A DNA stretch of 63,927 nt from Sphyrna mokarran (taxonomy: Eukaryota). A model generated the notes under the pieces. It saw nothing but the letters and a program-made list of their open reading frames with translations, was not told the DNA's origin and ran no database searches. The DNA lies in assembly GCA_024679065.1 (NCBI GenBank), contig JAGIQG010000043.1, forward strand, positions 992,074 to 1,056,000, given 5' to 3'. The position numbers and the translations under genes are program-made. Positions 50,301 to 62,300 of this stretch are shown here, piece after piece; the stretch's first letter is position 1, and every line of letters starts with the position of its first letter.

Positions 50301-50820
50301 GCAGTGGACAGCACTGCTGCCTCACAGCACCAGAGAACCGGGTTCGATATCTGGTTTGGGTCACTGTCTAGGTGGAGTCTGCATGTCCTCTCCCTGTCTG
50401 CGTGGGTATCCTTGGTCACTCTCACGAGCTGGTTGCTGCATTGGCCGTGCTAAAAATTGTCCTTCCTGTATCCGAGCAGGTGTCGCAATGTGGCGAATAG
50501 GGGATTTTCGCCGTAACTTCATTGCTGTATTACTGTAAGCCTAATTCTGCCATTAATAAAATAAACTTTATTTCAAGAATATTCGATGTTTAGAGTCGGC
50601 TGCTCAGCTGTGGCGCACAAACTATGAGGATTGTCAAACGCATATTGCGTTCACCCCAACACTGCCCTATAATGGTGACATAATCTCCACAGCAGACGTC
50701 GTCATAGTTTCCTTTGAATCTGTAAAGGCCCAACTGAGTGGGACGCAGACCACGTTATTGTGTCCACAGTGTCTGTAGAAGCGAGCCCGTGAGACACAAT
50801 ACGAGGAAATTTCAATCAAC

Positions 50821-50875
50821 ATGGTCGAAGAATCTCTATCTTTGATACTCATTTTCCAAATCCTGAGATTTCACT
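50821..50875 (+). CDS. VJ-C1 receptor copy B, exon 1 (signal peptide MVEESLSLILIFQILRFH)
   Basis: Paralog of 15522-15576 with 2 substitutions; donor intact. Confidence 0.7.
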
Positions 50876-51428
50876 GTGAGTAAGAGGCGGGTAGGAATTA
50901 TAGCAGAATGAATTTTATAAAAAATAATGAGTTTTCTTCGAAGCCAAAAGCACGTGCCAGAGTTCAGGTGAAGGCTTTTGAACTAATCATATAAATTAAT
51001 TTATAAAGCGAAAAAAATAAGTATAACAAACGAAAATTACAAAGAATAATGAGATTGCACAGTGGATAGCACTGCTGCCTCAGAGCGCCAGAGAACTGGG
51101 TTTGATACCTGTTTGGGTCGCGGTCTGTGTGGAGTCTGCACGTCCTCTCCCCGTCTGCATGGGTTTCCTCCCATCGCTCAAGTTTGCTCCCACAGTCCAA
51201 AAGAGGTGCCAGTTGATGCATTGGCGGTGCTAAAAATTCTCCCTCAGTGTATCCGGACAGGCCTCGCTCTGTGGAAAACAGGGGATTTTCGCCCTAACTT
51301 AATTGCAGTGTTAATGTCAGGCTACTTCTGACATCAATAAAGTATGTTTTAAATCGAGGCGATTTGATTTTTAGAGTCTGCTTCAGGTATTTCAATAATC
51401 AGTGCTTCTCTCACAATAAACTCTCTAG

Positions 51429-51758
51429 TTACAGAATCCGAGTCCTCTCTGTCTCAGATCCCCTTCACAGTGACAGCTGCAGTGGGCCAAACGGTGGAGT
51501 TATTCTTCCATGACACTCAAGAAGTGAATTTGGTATCCGACTATGCTTGGTACAAACAGAGGCTGGGTGAAGCCCCGATACTAATAAACACCACAACCTG
51601 TACTAGGCCCAACTGTAAGTTTATTTCTGAAAAAGGCAATCCAGGGAATGTGTTGATTCTGAAAATTCGCAATGTCCAGACCACTGACTCTGGTTCGTAC
51701 TACTGTATATATACTTGGTCTGCACTGTTCGGGGATGGAACCATACTCCTGGTTGGAG
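51429..51758 (+). CDS. VJ-C1 receptor copy B, V(J) exon
   Basis: Open 330-nt exon, splice sites intact, 3 substitutions vs copy A (A>V, I>T, R>W). Confidence 0.85.
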
Positions 51759-51849
51759 GTAAGGGATCAAGTGAAATCCATTCAGAGTATGCACACCATT
51801 ATCTTTTTTGTGTAAATTAATCGTTAACTATGTCCCAATTTCTGTCCAG

Positions 51850-52211
51850 ACAGTTCCACCAACAAGACGGCTGTGCAAGTATTTGTCCCGCTGGCTGAGC
51901 TGGATGTGCATGATGCCGTGCCCTTAGTGTGTTTGGTCAATGGAGTTTCTTCCAATCAGGTGGGTATTTTCTGGAATATTTCTGGCCTGGTCACTGAGGG
52001 ATCGAGTGATCCCGGGACAATGGAGGAGGATGGGACCTACAGCATCAGAAGTCATGTCATGGTGTCGGGGCAAGTCTGGAGAAGTGGCGGTGTCTGTACT
52101 TGCATTGTTCAACCGGGGATTTCAGGCAAATATTGGACGGAGAGTGTGTTCTTCCCCAAAGCAACAGAAACTGGGACAGATGAGTTGTTAATCTCCACAA
52201 TGATGCCTTGA
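51850..52211 (+). CDS. VJ-C1 receptor copy B, C1 exon with mutated donor; reads through to a stop (...TETGTDELLISTMMP*)
   Basis: Open C1 exon 51850-52179; donor is ATGAGT instead of GTGAGT (G>A at 52180); in-frame TGA ends at 52211. Confidence 0.7.
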
Positions 52212-53768
52212 ATTCAACTCGGATTCACTATTGGTAATGTTCCAAATATTCAGAAAGTGACACCTGTTACGTACACAGGAGTAGTCTCCCGTTGTGCCTG
52301 CATTATTTATTAGTGTCACAAGTGTGCTTACATTAACATTGCAATGAATTTGCTGCGTAAATCCCCATTCCTGCGCCTCTTGGAGTGCACTGAAGAAGAA
52401 TTTAGAATGCCCAATTCCGCCAACCAGCATGGCTTCCGAGAGTTGGAGGAACGCCTCCAAATTGGAACGCCTGCAGGAAGCGAACACCGATCTCGGAGAA
52501 CGTGCTGATCCTGCTCCAAGCCAATATTCAAACCATACTCTGGCACTGTGAGACAGCGGTGGTAACCACTGTGCAGCCCGGAATCTGGTCACTTCTCCCC
52601 TTCAAGGCAGAGTGTTTTTGCCTGCTGCAAGTTTTTACTGAATCTGCTTTCTGCGCCCTATCCAGACATTGGATTTTCAAATTCAGTTCAAGTCAGTCCG
52701 ACGCTGGATGCTCTTTGCAATCAGGAAACAAACACGAGTTGACATTACTTTCTAAATGTGCCTTTTTTGACTGAGGTACTAGTTCAATTTTCCACAATCT
52801 CACTCCAGAATCTGTGGTGTCCGTTTGGCACCTGTTTCATTATACATTCCTAATACTGGAATCCAATCGCCTTAAGATCTAGGTCAAAAGCAACACAAAA
52901 ATTGCGTTTTAGACAATTTTATACTTTTTGATATTGGATTAAGAGCACGTCTGAATGGCCAATGGAAGCGTATGTAACAATACATATCGCAACTGGAATT
53001 GTATTTGGACTCTGTAGTGGGAAATGTGCAAAGCTTTGAGGGAAAATTAGATAGTGTGACAGTATTTCAATAGCTGTTTGAAAGATGCGGTGCAGTCTAC
53101 GTGCAGTGGGTTGACCCATAATGACATTAGGGATCGAGTTCTACGATTTTGATCCAACAACTGCTACAGAATGCCGATATGTTTCCAAGTCGTGATTTTG
53201 AGTAGTTTGGAAAAGGAAATGCAGCTGGTGATGATTCCATGTATCCCCTGCCATTGTCCTTCTGGATGAAACGGTTCTAGGTTTGAAAGATGCTGCCTCC
53301 GATCATTGGTGAATTGCTGAGTGAGTGCACACGCTGCTGCTTCTGAGCATCGGCTGATGGAAGGAGTGAATGTGTTGCCAATCAAGCAGGCTGATTTGCC
53401 CTTGATGATGTCAAGCTTCTTTCGCGTTGTTGGAGTTGCACCCAACCAGGCAAGTGAAGGGTAATCCATCACACTTCTGATTGTGCTTTATAGATGGTGA
53501 ACAGGTTTTGGGGAGTCAGGAGGTGAGTTATTCTCCACAGGATTCCCAATCTCTGACTTGCTTTTTGTAGCCAGTCTGTTTAAATGGGGATTCCCGTTGA
53601 GTTTTGATCAATGCTAACCTGATAGAAAATGTTAATTGTCATTCAGTTATAGATATAACAGAATGTCGAGAGGTACTGCTTAGAGTATCTGCGTTTAGCT
53701 TCCCGTCCTAGCCACGCAGAAAGATTTCTTTGACCCAGCAGCAATTTGTAACAGATTTCTCTCCATAG

Positions 53769-56767
53769 GATGGTGCAATCTGGCACAATCCGTTGCCATT
53801 ATTATCCTGGTGATTCCGATTATCCTTCTTGTTCTTCTTTGCTTTTGTATTTGGAAGAGAGGCAGAACAGGTGAGGAATAATATCCAGTATGGATATCAT
53901 TACTATTGTTCATCCTATCTGATTCCCCTGGAAGTTTTAAATTGCTAATCACAGTGTCTTGTTTCAGGAGAACGAGGGGAGGTAGCCGCTATTGGACGAC
54001 AGCTCATTGACTATCACTGTTTGCTGTGCAGACACATGGACCTGGGTCGGATCTCCGACTTGGGCCGGTGTCTGTGACAGTTTGCACATTCTCCCCGTCC
54101 TTGCGTGGGTTTTCTCCGGCTGCTCCGGTTTCCTCCCGTACCCCAAAAACGTGCTTTTAGGCTGATTGGTGTTAACAAATTGCCCCTAAATTAGACCTCC
54201 CTTAATCTGGCACACACATTCTCTAAATTTGCACCCCTTTATTGTAGAGTCCATGTGGCGTAGACAAAAGTCAGAGGTGGAAGAAGGATTGGAATGAGCC
54301 ACTCACTGAATGTTAAAATGGCGGCGCGGGCTTGTTTGGCCGAAAGGCCTGTTTCCTGAGCTGTGTTACTCTTTGTTCGTTGTATTCCTGACTGCTTTCC
54401 TAAATTGACACCTTCCACTTTGTTATATAGATGACCATCGCCAAACACATCGACAGAGAACACAGGAATGTCTAGTTCAGGTAAGAGTTTTGCAAATATT
54501 TTAATACCACTTCGGAAATTGGATTTTGGGATAAGTTGCAGGATGTCCCACCCGGGATAGTACATGCGGCGATCAGCGAGCAGCTCACTGTCTGAAACAT
54601 CTAATTGTGAACCAAAATGCATTCGTCCACATTTCGGAATCAGAGCATATATCTCTGCGGCTCTTCCAAAATATTGTACAGCGAGTGAGTTAATGTTCCA
54701 TTTACAATATATCAGGTAGACGTTTCTGCAGATTTCCGGCAGTTTTCATTGCTGATTGCAAGATATCTTACTTCTCTTCACTTTCTGTTTTTTTTTTGCA
54801 TGGTGGATCTAATTCCCCCTTAATCAGTTCCAGGTTTCCTCCTATCTGTGCACAGTTGGAAGTGTATTAATTGCTGGGATTATCTTTACAGTGCAATAAT
54901 GGTTAACAATGCTGTTTCACAATGTCAGGGACTTGTGTTCAATCTTCGGCTTGTGTCAATGTCTCTGTGGAGTTTTCACGTTTTCCCTGTGCCTGCACGG
55001 GGTTCCTCCGGGTGCTCCAGTTTCCTCTCACTGTCCAAAGATGTGCGGATTAGGTGGGTTGGCTATGCTGAATTGCCCTTAATGTTAGGGGGACTAGCGA
55101 GAGTAAATGCATGGGATTATAGAACATAGAACATTACAGCGCAGTACACGGCCTTCGGCCCTCGATGTTGCGCCGACCAATGGAACCAATTTTTGAGCCT
55201 CTATCTTAAACTATTCCAATGTTATCCATATGACTATCCACTGACAATTTGAACGCCCTTAAACTTGACGAGTCCACAACTGCTGCAGGCAGGGCATTCC
55301 ACGCCCTTACTACCCTCTGAATAAAGAACCCACCTCTAGCATCTGTCCGATAACTACCTCCCCTTAGTTTAAAGCTATGTCCCTTCGTGTTATCCATCCC
55401 CATCCGAGGAAAAGGGTTCTCACTATCCACCCTATGTAACCCTCTGATCATCTTATATGTCTCAATTAAGTCACATCTTAGCCTTCTTCTCTCTACTAAA
55501 AATAACCACAAGTCACTTAGCCTTTCCTCATAAGATCTACCCTCCATATCAGGCAAAATCCTGGTCATCCTCCTCTGCATCCTTTCCAATGCCTATGGGG
55601 ATAGGGCCTGGGTGTGATGGTGGTGCAAACTGGATGGACCGAATGACCTCATGCTGTACTGCAGGATTCTATATACGTGTTAGTTTGAGCTAGTGTGTTT
55701 GTGAAATTCTTTGCATCTCTGTGTCTGTGATGTTGAGAGTTTGTTGTGTGTGAAGTTGTGACATTCTCTTTCTGTGTAACTTTTGTAAATTTCTCGGTGA
55801 GAGATTGTGTCTGTGTTGAGCGGGACAGATGAATGTGTGTGTGCGTGGGGGGAGACTCAGAGAGAGAGATAGAGGCTACGTGTTTGAGGGAGTCGGTGAA
55901 TGAGTGAAAACTTCCGTACTGTGTGTGCGTGTGTGTTTCTGTGTGCATCTGTGTCCTATGTGTAAGTGTGTCTGAGTCTGTGTGTCCTGGAGCTGTGAAG
56001 CAGCAGTGTTCCATGCCGCCCGCGATGGATGATGTTACTGGCTAATTCATTCTTCCATAGATGCCATTTATTTTGAAATTGGGATAGAGAACAGTGGAAG
56101 CGGGTTAAATAAACACTTTGAAAGGAAATTGGATAACTGCTTGTTGGAAAGAACATTGATGAGCATTATGAAGAAAGCTGAGGCGAAGTTTGAACTAAAT
56201 AGGATGTTATCGCCTTGCAGACTTATTGCTAGAAGATTAGTCCATGAACTCAGCTAGTGTTCTGAGGATTGTGTTCCAGTCCAACCACACCAGAAGGCGG
56301 AACATATATTCAGTAAAAAATTTTTGGAATTAAGTATCCACTGATGAACAAGAAACCATTGTTAGAAAAAAAACACGTGAGCGACACTATTGCAAAGTAA
56401 ATGTGCCATTCTTATCTAGTGTGGCCTACATTCTTATCTAGTGGGCGGCAGACTGCGCAAAGTCAGCAATACCCACGTCCCATGGATGAATACAAAGTGG
56501 ATTGCTCTTTCAATGATCCAACAGGGATTCATTGGGCCGAATAGTTTCCATCTAAACAGTAGCATTCTATGGTTTTATGTAACACTTTTGAGATTTGGTG
56601 TCATCCTATATATTTATGGCCGGAGACCTGCTACTGCACTTTAGGGAATCTATTGCTCCCTTTGATCATTCTATAATTTGTGAATGTTTCAGAGTGGACC
56701 TAACGACGCCTTCCTGAATTTGGCCGCCTAGGAAAAGAGGTCAAAAAAGAAGGCGGGTCAAAAGTAA
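53769..56767 (+). pseudogene. Damaged TM/cytoplasmic part of copy B
   Basis: TM exon 53769-53870 and exon 54431-54480 are identical to copy A. A ~580-nt deletion at ~53992 removes the exon 5 donor and all of exon 6. The terminal exon (from 56693) reads SGPNDAFLNLAA*, with Tyr lost and a premature TAG. Confidence 0.75.
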
Positions 56768-57958
56768 GAATCCAAACCATGAATTATGGAGGGCGGCAGA
56801 ATTTCCTGAAAATCCCCCAGCCTCGTGGAAGTACCCATGGAGTCAATGAGATTCTCTTCAAGCAGTTATACTTTCCCTACGCATCCGCCAAGCATTGGCT
56901 CCAGCGTTCAATATCAATTATTGGAAAATAAATTTACAATATTTCACTGGAATGGTGTTCTTCAGCTGTAGACGAAATTTCGAGGAATGTTCAGAGACTT
57001 TCCTGAGTTTCTCTGGAGATTTTCTGCTGATCGTATTGCTCAAATTACTCACATGAGATGTACCACTTTTCTTTGTAAATGTCAACACGCGAATACCAAT
57101 TAATGATTCTATCTTTATAACGTTGACTTGTTTTGACCTTGATTAACAATAAACTTAAAACTAAATGTAATCGTTATGATGCTGCAATTTCCGTTGAACT
57201 GACACTATCATTGCAGAATTCAGATGTTTGTCAAGGCTTCAGGTGTGACAGGTTTGATGATTTGTCGAATTGGAATTCAATGAGAGATGGTCCCAGATTG
57301 CAGTGCATGGAATTTCCAATGTTTTCATCATAGTTTTGTAATATGTGAATTCGTGTTTTTATTTAACTTAAACCCATACATTTCAAAGCAACAGGATAAA
57401 TACAATGTTACGGAAGAAGTAATGAATTTCGATTTGTGCTCTGCAGCATTTGGATCTTCTTATCAATCCTTCTCATTTCCTCGCCAGCCCTGTCCTCACT
57501 TATAGAAAGTATTATTTTCGTGAGACTATTAATGCAGAAATTCACATGTCACAAACTCAGTCGTCTTGCATGATCGGGCGTTTAAAGAGTTCATCTGAAT
57601 GCTTCTTAAATGTTGTGAGTGTTCCGACCTTTACCACCGTCTCAGGCAATGGCTTTCACATTCCTATTATCCTCTGAGTGGAAACTTTTTTTTTCATTAC
57701 ATCTGCTGTAAACCTCGTGTTCGTTAGCTTAAGTCAATGTCACAGGTTGGGTATTGATCCCTCTGCTCTGGTTAAAAAAAAAGTTCCTTCCTATCCATCC
57801 TATCTATGCCGCTCATTTTTTTAAAAAACATCAATAAGTCCCTCCCTCAACTTTCTCTGCTCGAAGGTAAATGGCCCTAGCCAATCCAGCCCTCAGCTGA
57901 AACAGTGCAGGAATGTACAATAACTCCCCCGTTTAGGCGAGATCAGTGATTGTATATC

Positions 57959-59345
57959 ATAGAATATAGAACATTACAGCACAGAACAGGCCCTTCGGCC
58001 TTCGATGTTGCGCCGACCAATATAAAAAGCAATGCCCCTCCAAACTAAACCATTCCCTTATCTTCCATATACTTATCAACTAAGCTCTTAAATGCCACCA
58101 AACTTGGCGCATCTACAACTGCTGCAGGCAGGGCATTCCACTCCCGAACCACCCTTTGGGTAAAGAACCTACCTCTGCTATCCGTCCTATAACTATCACC
58201 CCTTAATTTAAAGCTGTGTCCCCTCGTGCTAGCTTTTCCCATCCTAGGAAAAAGGCTATCACTGTCCACCCTATCTAAACCTCTAATCATCTTATATGTT
58301 TCGATAAGGTCCCCTCTTAGCCGCCTCCTTTCTAACGAAAAAACCTCAAATCCCTCAGCCTCTCTTCATAAGACCTGCCCTCCATACCAGGCAACATCCT
58401 GGTAAACCTCCTCTGTACCCTCTCCAATGCCTCCACATCTTTCTTATAACGCGGGGACCAGAACTGCACACAATTCTCCAAGTGCGGCCGCACTAGAGTT
58501 TTGTACAGTTGCAACATGACGTTGCGGCTCCGAAATTCAATCCCTCTACCAATAAAAGCCAAGACTCATATGCCTTCCTAACAACCTTCTCGACCTGACT
58601 GCCTACTTTCAGGGATCTATGCACATACACACCAAGATCCCTCTGTTCATCTCGACTACTAAGAATCCTACCATTTGCCCTATACTCTACACATTTATTA
58701 TTTCTGCCATAGTGCATTACCTCACACTTTTCCACATTAAACTCCATTTGCCACCTCTCGGCCCAGCTCTGCAACTTGTCCAAGTCCCTCTGCAAACTAT
58801 AACACCCCTCTTCCCTATCTACCACTTCACCGACTTTAGTGTCATCTGCAAATTTACTAATCCATCCTTCAATACCCTCATCCAGATCATTTATAAAAAT
58901 TACAAAACAGCAGGGGCCCCAAAACAGACCCCTGAGGTACACCACTTGTCACCGAACTCCAATATGAATATCTCCCATCAACCACCACCCTCTGTCTTCT
59001 ATCTGCTAGCCAATTCCTAACCCAATTAGCTAAATCACCCTCTATCCCATACATCTGCAGTTTCTGCAGAAGTCTTCCATGGGCCACCTTATCAAACGCC
59101 TTACTAAAGTCCATATATACCACATCAACCGCCTTATCCCCATCCACCTCCTTAGTCACTTTTTCAAAAAACTCAATGAGGTTAGTAAGGCACGACCTAC
59201 CCTTCACAAAACCATGCTGACTATCTCCAATTAATTCATTACTCTCTAAATAACTATAAATCCTATCCCTAATTATTCTCTCCAACACTTTGCCCACCAC
59301 AGAAGTAAGACTCACTGGCCTATAATTCCCTGGAAGGTCTCTCTT
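57959..59345 (-). mobile_element. Young CR1, copy B only
   Basis: RT ORFs and tail; empty site at ~27227. Confidence 0.92.
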
Positions 59346-62300
59346 CAATTTTGAATTATTTATGTTGACCATTTGTGAATGAAAACGATATTAAAATGAT
59401 GCTGACATAGGTTGATTGAACACATTTGGACTGAAGCAAAGTAAAACCAGTTGTGAGCAAATCCATATTGTAAGTTTGGCATCTGTGCTTTGAAAAAGCA
59501 GGAAAAGTTAATATTGACTGAAAAGTAACTCAATCCCCACCCAGATGTGATATCTCAATATTATCCTCTTGGTGACTTTAGGTCACTTGGACAAATTCCT
59601 TAGTAATGAAGGCAAGGCAGCCCACTTTCTTCACATAGCTGGAACTCCTCCTGTTGAACGCTGTTGAAAATCTGGAAACTGTTTTTTGTTGGGTGTCTGA
59701 GTGATAGTTACCGCACCAAGCCGGGTAGCTGAAGTGAAAACATAGATCAGGCACTATGTGAATGTAAGAGGGAACAGGATTGAGGCGCTGAATATGTCCC
59801 TCCACTTCGATGTTTGTGATCACACTCAACCATTCTGTAATTGCTTGTTCGGCCAACAATGAAATACAGAACTATTTTCCTGACTCAGCTATGCTGGTCA
59901 GAAATCACAATGTTTATTTATTTGTTTTGTTTAATTTTCGCATTAACTTGCATAGATTGCAATTCAAGTTAGCTTTCTGCCCATTCTGGAAATCAATGAT
60001 TTACTGTGACTGTTCTGTCGCCACCACCAGGAAGAGAGATTGAATAGATTGTTCTGTACTCGTTAGCATTTAGAAGGCTGAGAGGGATCTTATGGGCACA
60101 TATAAGATAATGAAGGGGCTAGATAGGGTAGAAGCAGAGAGATTCTTCCCACTTAGAAAGGAAACCAGGACTAGAGGGCACAGCTTCAAAATAAGGGTGG
60201 AAGGAGGGGCAGTTTAGACCGGAGCTGAGGGGAAATGTCTTCACTCTAGGGTGGTAATTCTCTGGAATTCTCTACTCATTGAAGTAGTAGAGGCTACCTC
60301 ATTGAATATATTACAGATAGGTAGATTTCTGACAGGCAAGGGAATGAAGGGTTATGGGGAGAAAGCAGGAAAGTGGAACTGATCCATTTCAGATCAGACA
60401 TGATCTTATTGAATGGTGGGGCAGTCTCGAAAGGCTATATGGCCTTCTGCTGCTCCTATTTATTCTGTTCTTATGCCACATTCCGGCCAGACCAGATATA
60501 GAGAGTCGCTTATCTTCCAGAAAAGAGATCAGTAATTGATTACATTGATCATGGTTGTCATGGGTCAGACGGGATGTTAATCCAAATAATTTAATTTAAA
60601 TTTCTCCATCTGCCCTGATGTATTTGGAATTCTTCTTCCTAAGTAACCATTGACTCTTTTCACACAAATGAATGTGTCTGATTGACCATGTATCTCGGGT
60701 GTGAGGCCACTGCACAGTTCCTTGCTCAGGGTTTATATTGGTAAGTCTTTGTACAGCTGTCCTCTCTCCTCGTGGCTAGCAGTTAAGACAAGAAGTGCAT
60801 CCACCTTGCCGCCCTCAATGTGGCTGACCTGTCCAAAACTGATTATGGTTGTATGTAAATTAAAACAAGAAGAAAAAGAAATACAAACGTTATTATATTG
60901 GTGGCAGTGGAATCATTGTCAGCCCAGAGGGGCAGAATGTCCAAGTGGATAGATTGGTGACTGTTTCCCGTGAACGATTCTGATCAGCTGCAAATGATTC
61001 ATTCTTTCACCATGAAATTATTTTTCTGTCAGAAGTGAGCATTGACTAAATTTTCTACTTGACTTAATACCTCAGTGGCTCTACCGCTGCAAATGCGCTA
61101 CTCAAATGGATGACCGATTAAGACACAGACCTGCAAAGAGATGTTGCAACATTCAGGGTGATAGAAAGTTGCTGGACTGCGGTAGCACAAGGAACCGGAA
61201 GAAATGTTGAACATGCACGTTTTGCAGACACAGCGTGCTGCGGTGTAAACTGCGCCCTAAAAATATTAGTGCAGGGTGAATTGTGGTTCAGAGTTTCCTG
61301 TTTATAGATGAAGAGGCCGCGCACAGCTCAGTCTGCAATGAGAAACATCTTCTACCTAGTGCTAAGCACGCGTTAAGACTGATCTAACTGTGTCGAGCAG
61401 ATAATATGGCTGAATTCTGCAACTTGGCTGTTTGTGAAATTCGAATTGGCACAGCAGATAGCAAAATATTACATTGTATTCATCCCAAACACCTCACCAT
61501 ATTCTGTTTTCTGCTAAGAAGTAACGAATGAAAATGTATTCAAAAGGATGCAATTGTTTTCATGGCGGTTTCGCCCAGTACAATTCTCCCTATCTCCTTG
61601 GATCATAATCCCATCTTTCGATTAGCGGGCTATCTACTGCGGGCTGGTGGTTATAGTTCACACGAACTTCCTCCCACATCAATACAATCGCCGACATCCC
61701 CAAACACACATCCCACAACTACCAACGACACATTATTTAATTCCTCCCTCTGTCCTCAGTTTATTCAGTTTCACAATGAAATGTATGCCTGTAGATCGGA
61801 TGATTGTGGGGACTATTTCTATATGTTCTCTATCTAATGAGCAAAAACTTTCCTCGTGAACTGTCTTCGTCTACCCTGATGATTTATTTCATAACTTTAC
61901 CTTGCCTATCCTCCACGCTTTTACCCTTGTATTCCCCAGAGGACAGACGACTGGTTATCCAATGCTTGTTCTGGTGCACATAACTAGCGAATTGGAGCCG
62001 TCCATGTTCAGACCCAAGCAAACATTTGCAGCGTTGTTGTTCATTAAATCGCGGTTTCAGACATCCGGAATCATACAGATATCTAATCAGGCGTGGAATG
62101 TCTTGAAATCACGTTCAATGCCCGCATAATCCAAGCGTAAAAAATGAGGCAATATTGTCGACAATATATTCATGCATTATTAATATTTTTCCCCTGAGGA
62201 GTACGATATACCAGAGAATCGCGTAAGAATGTTTTCAATGTCTGCAAAACCCGATGTCCAGATACAAAATCTCTCAGTAACAAATAGGAAGAAGATTAAG

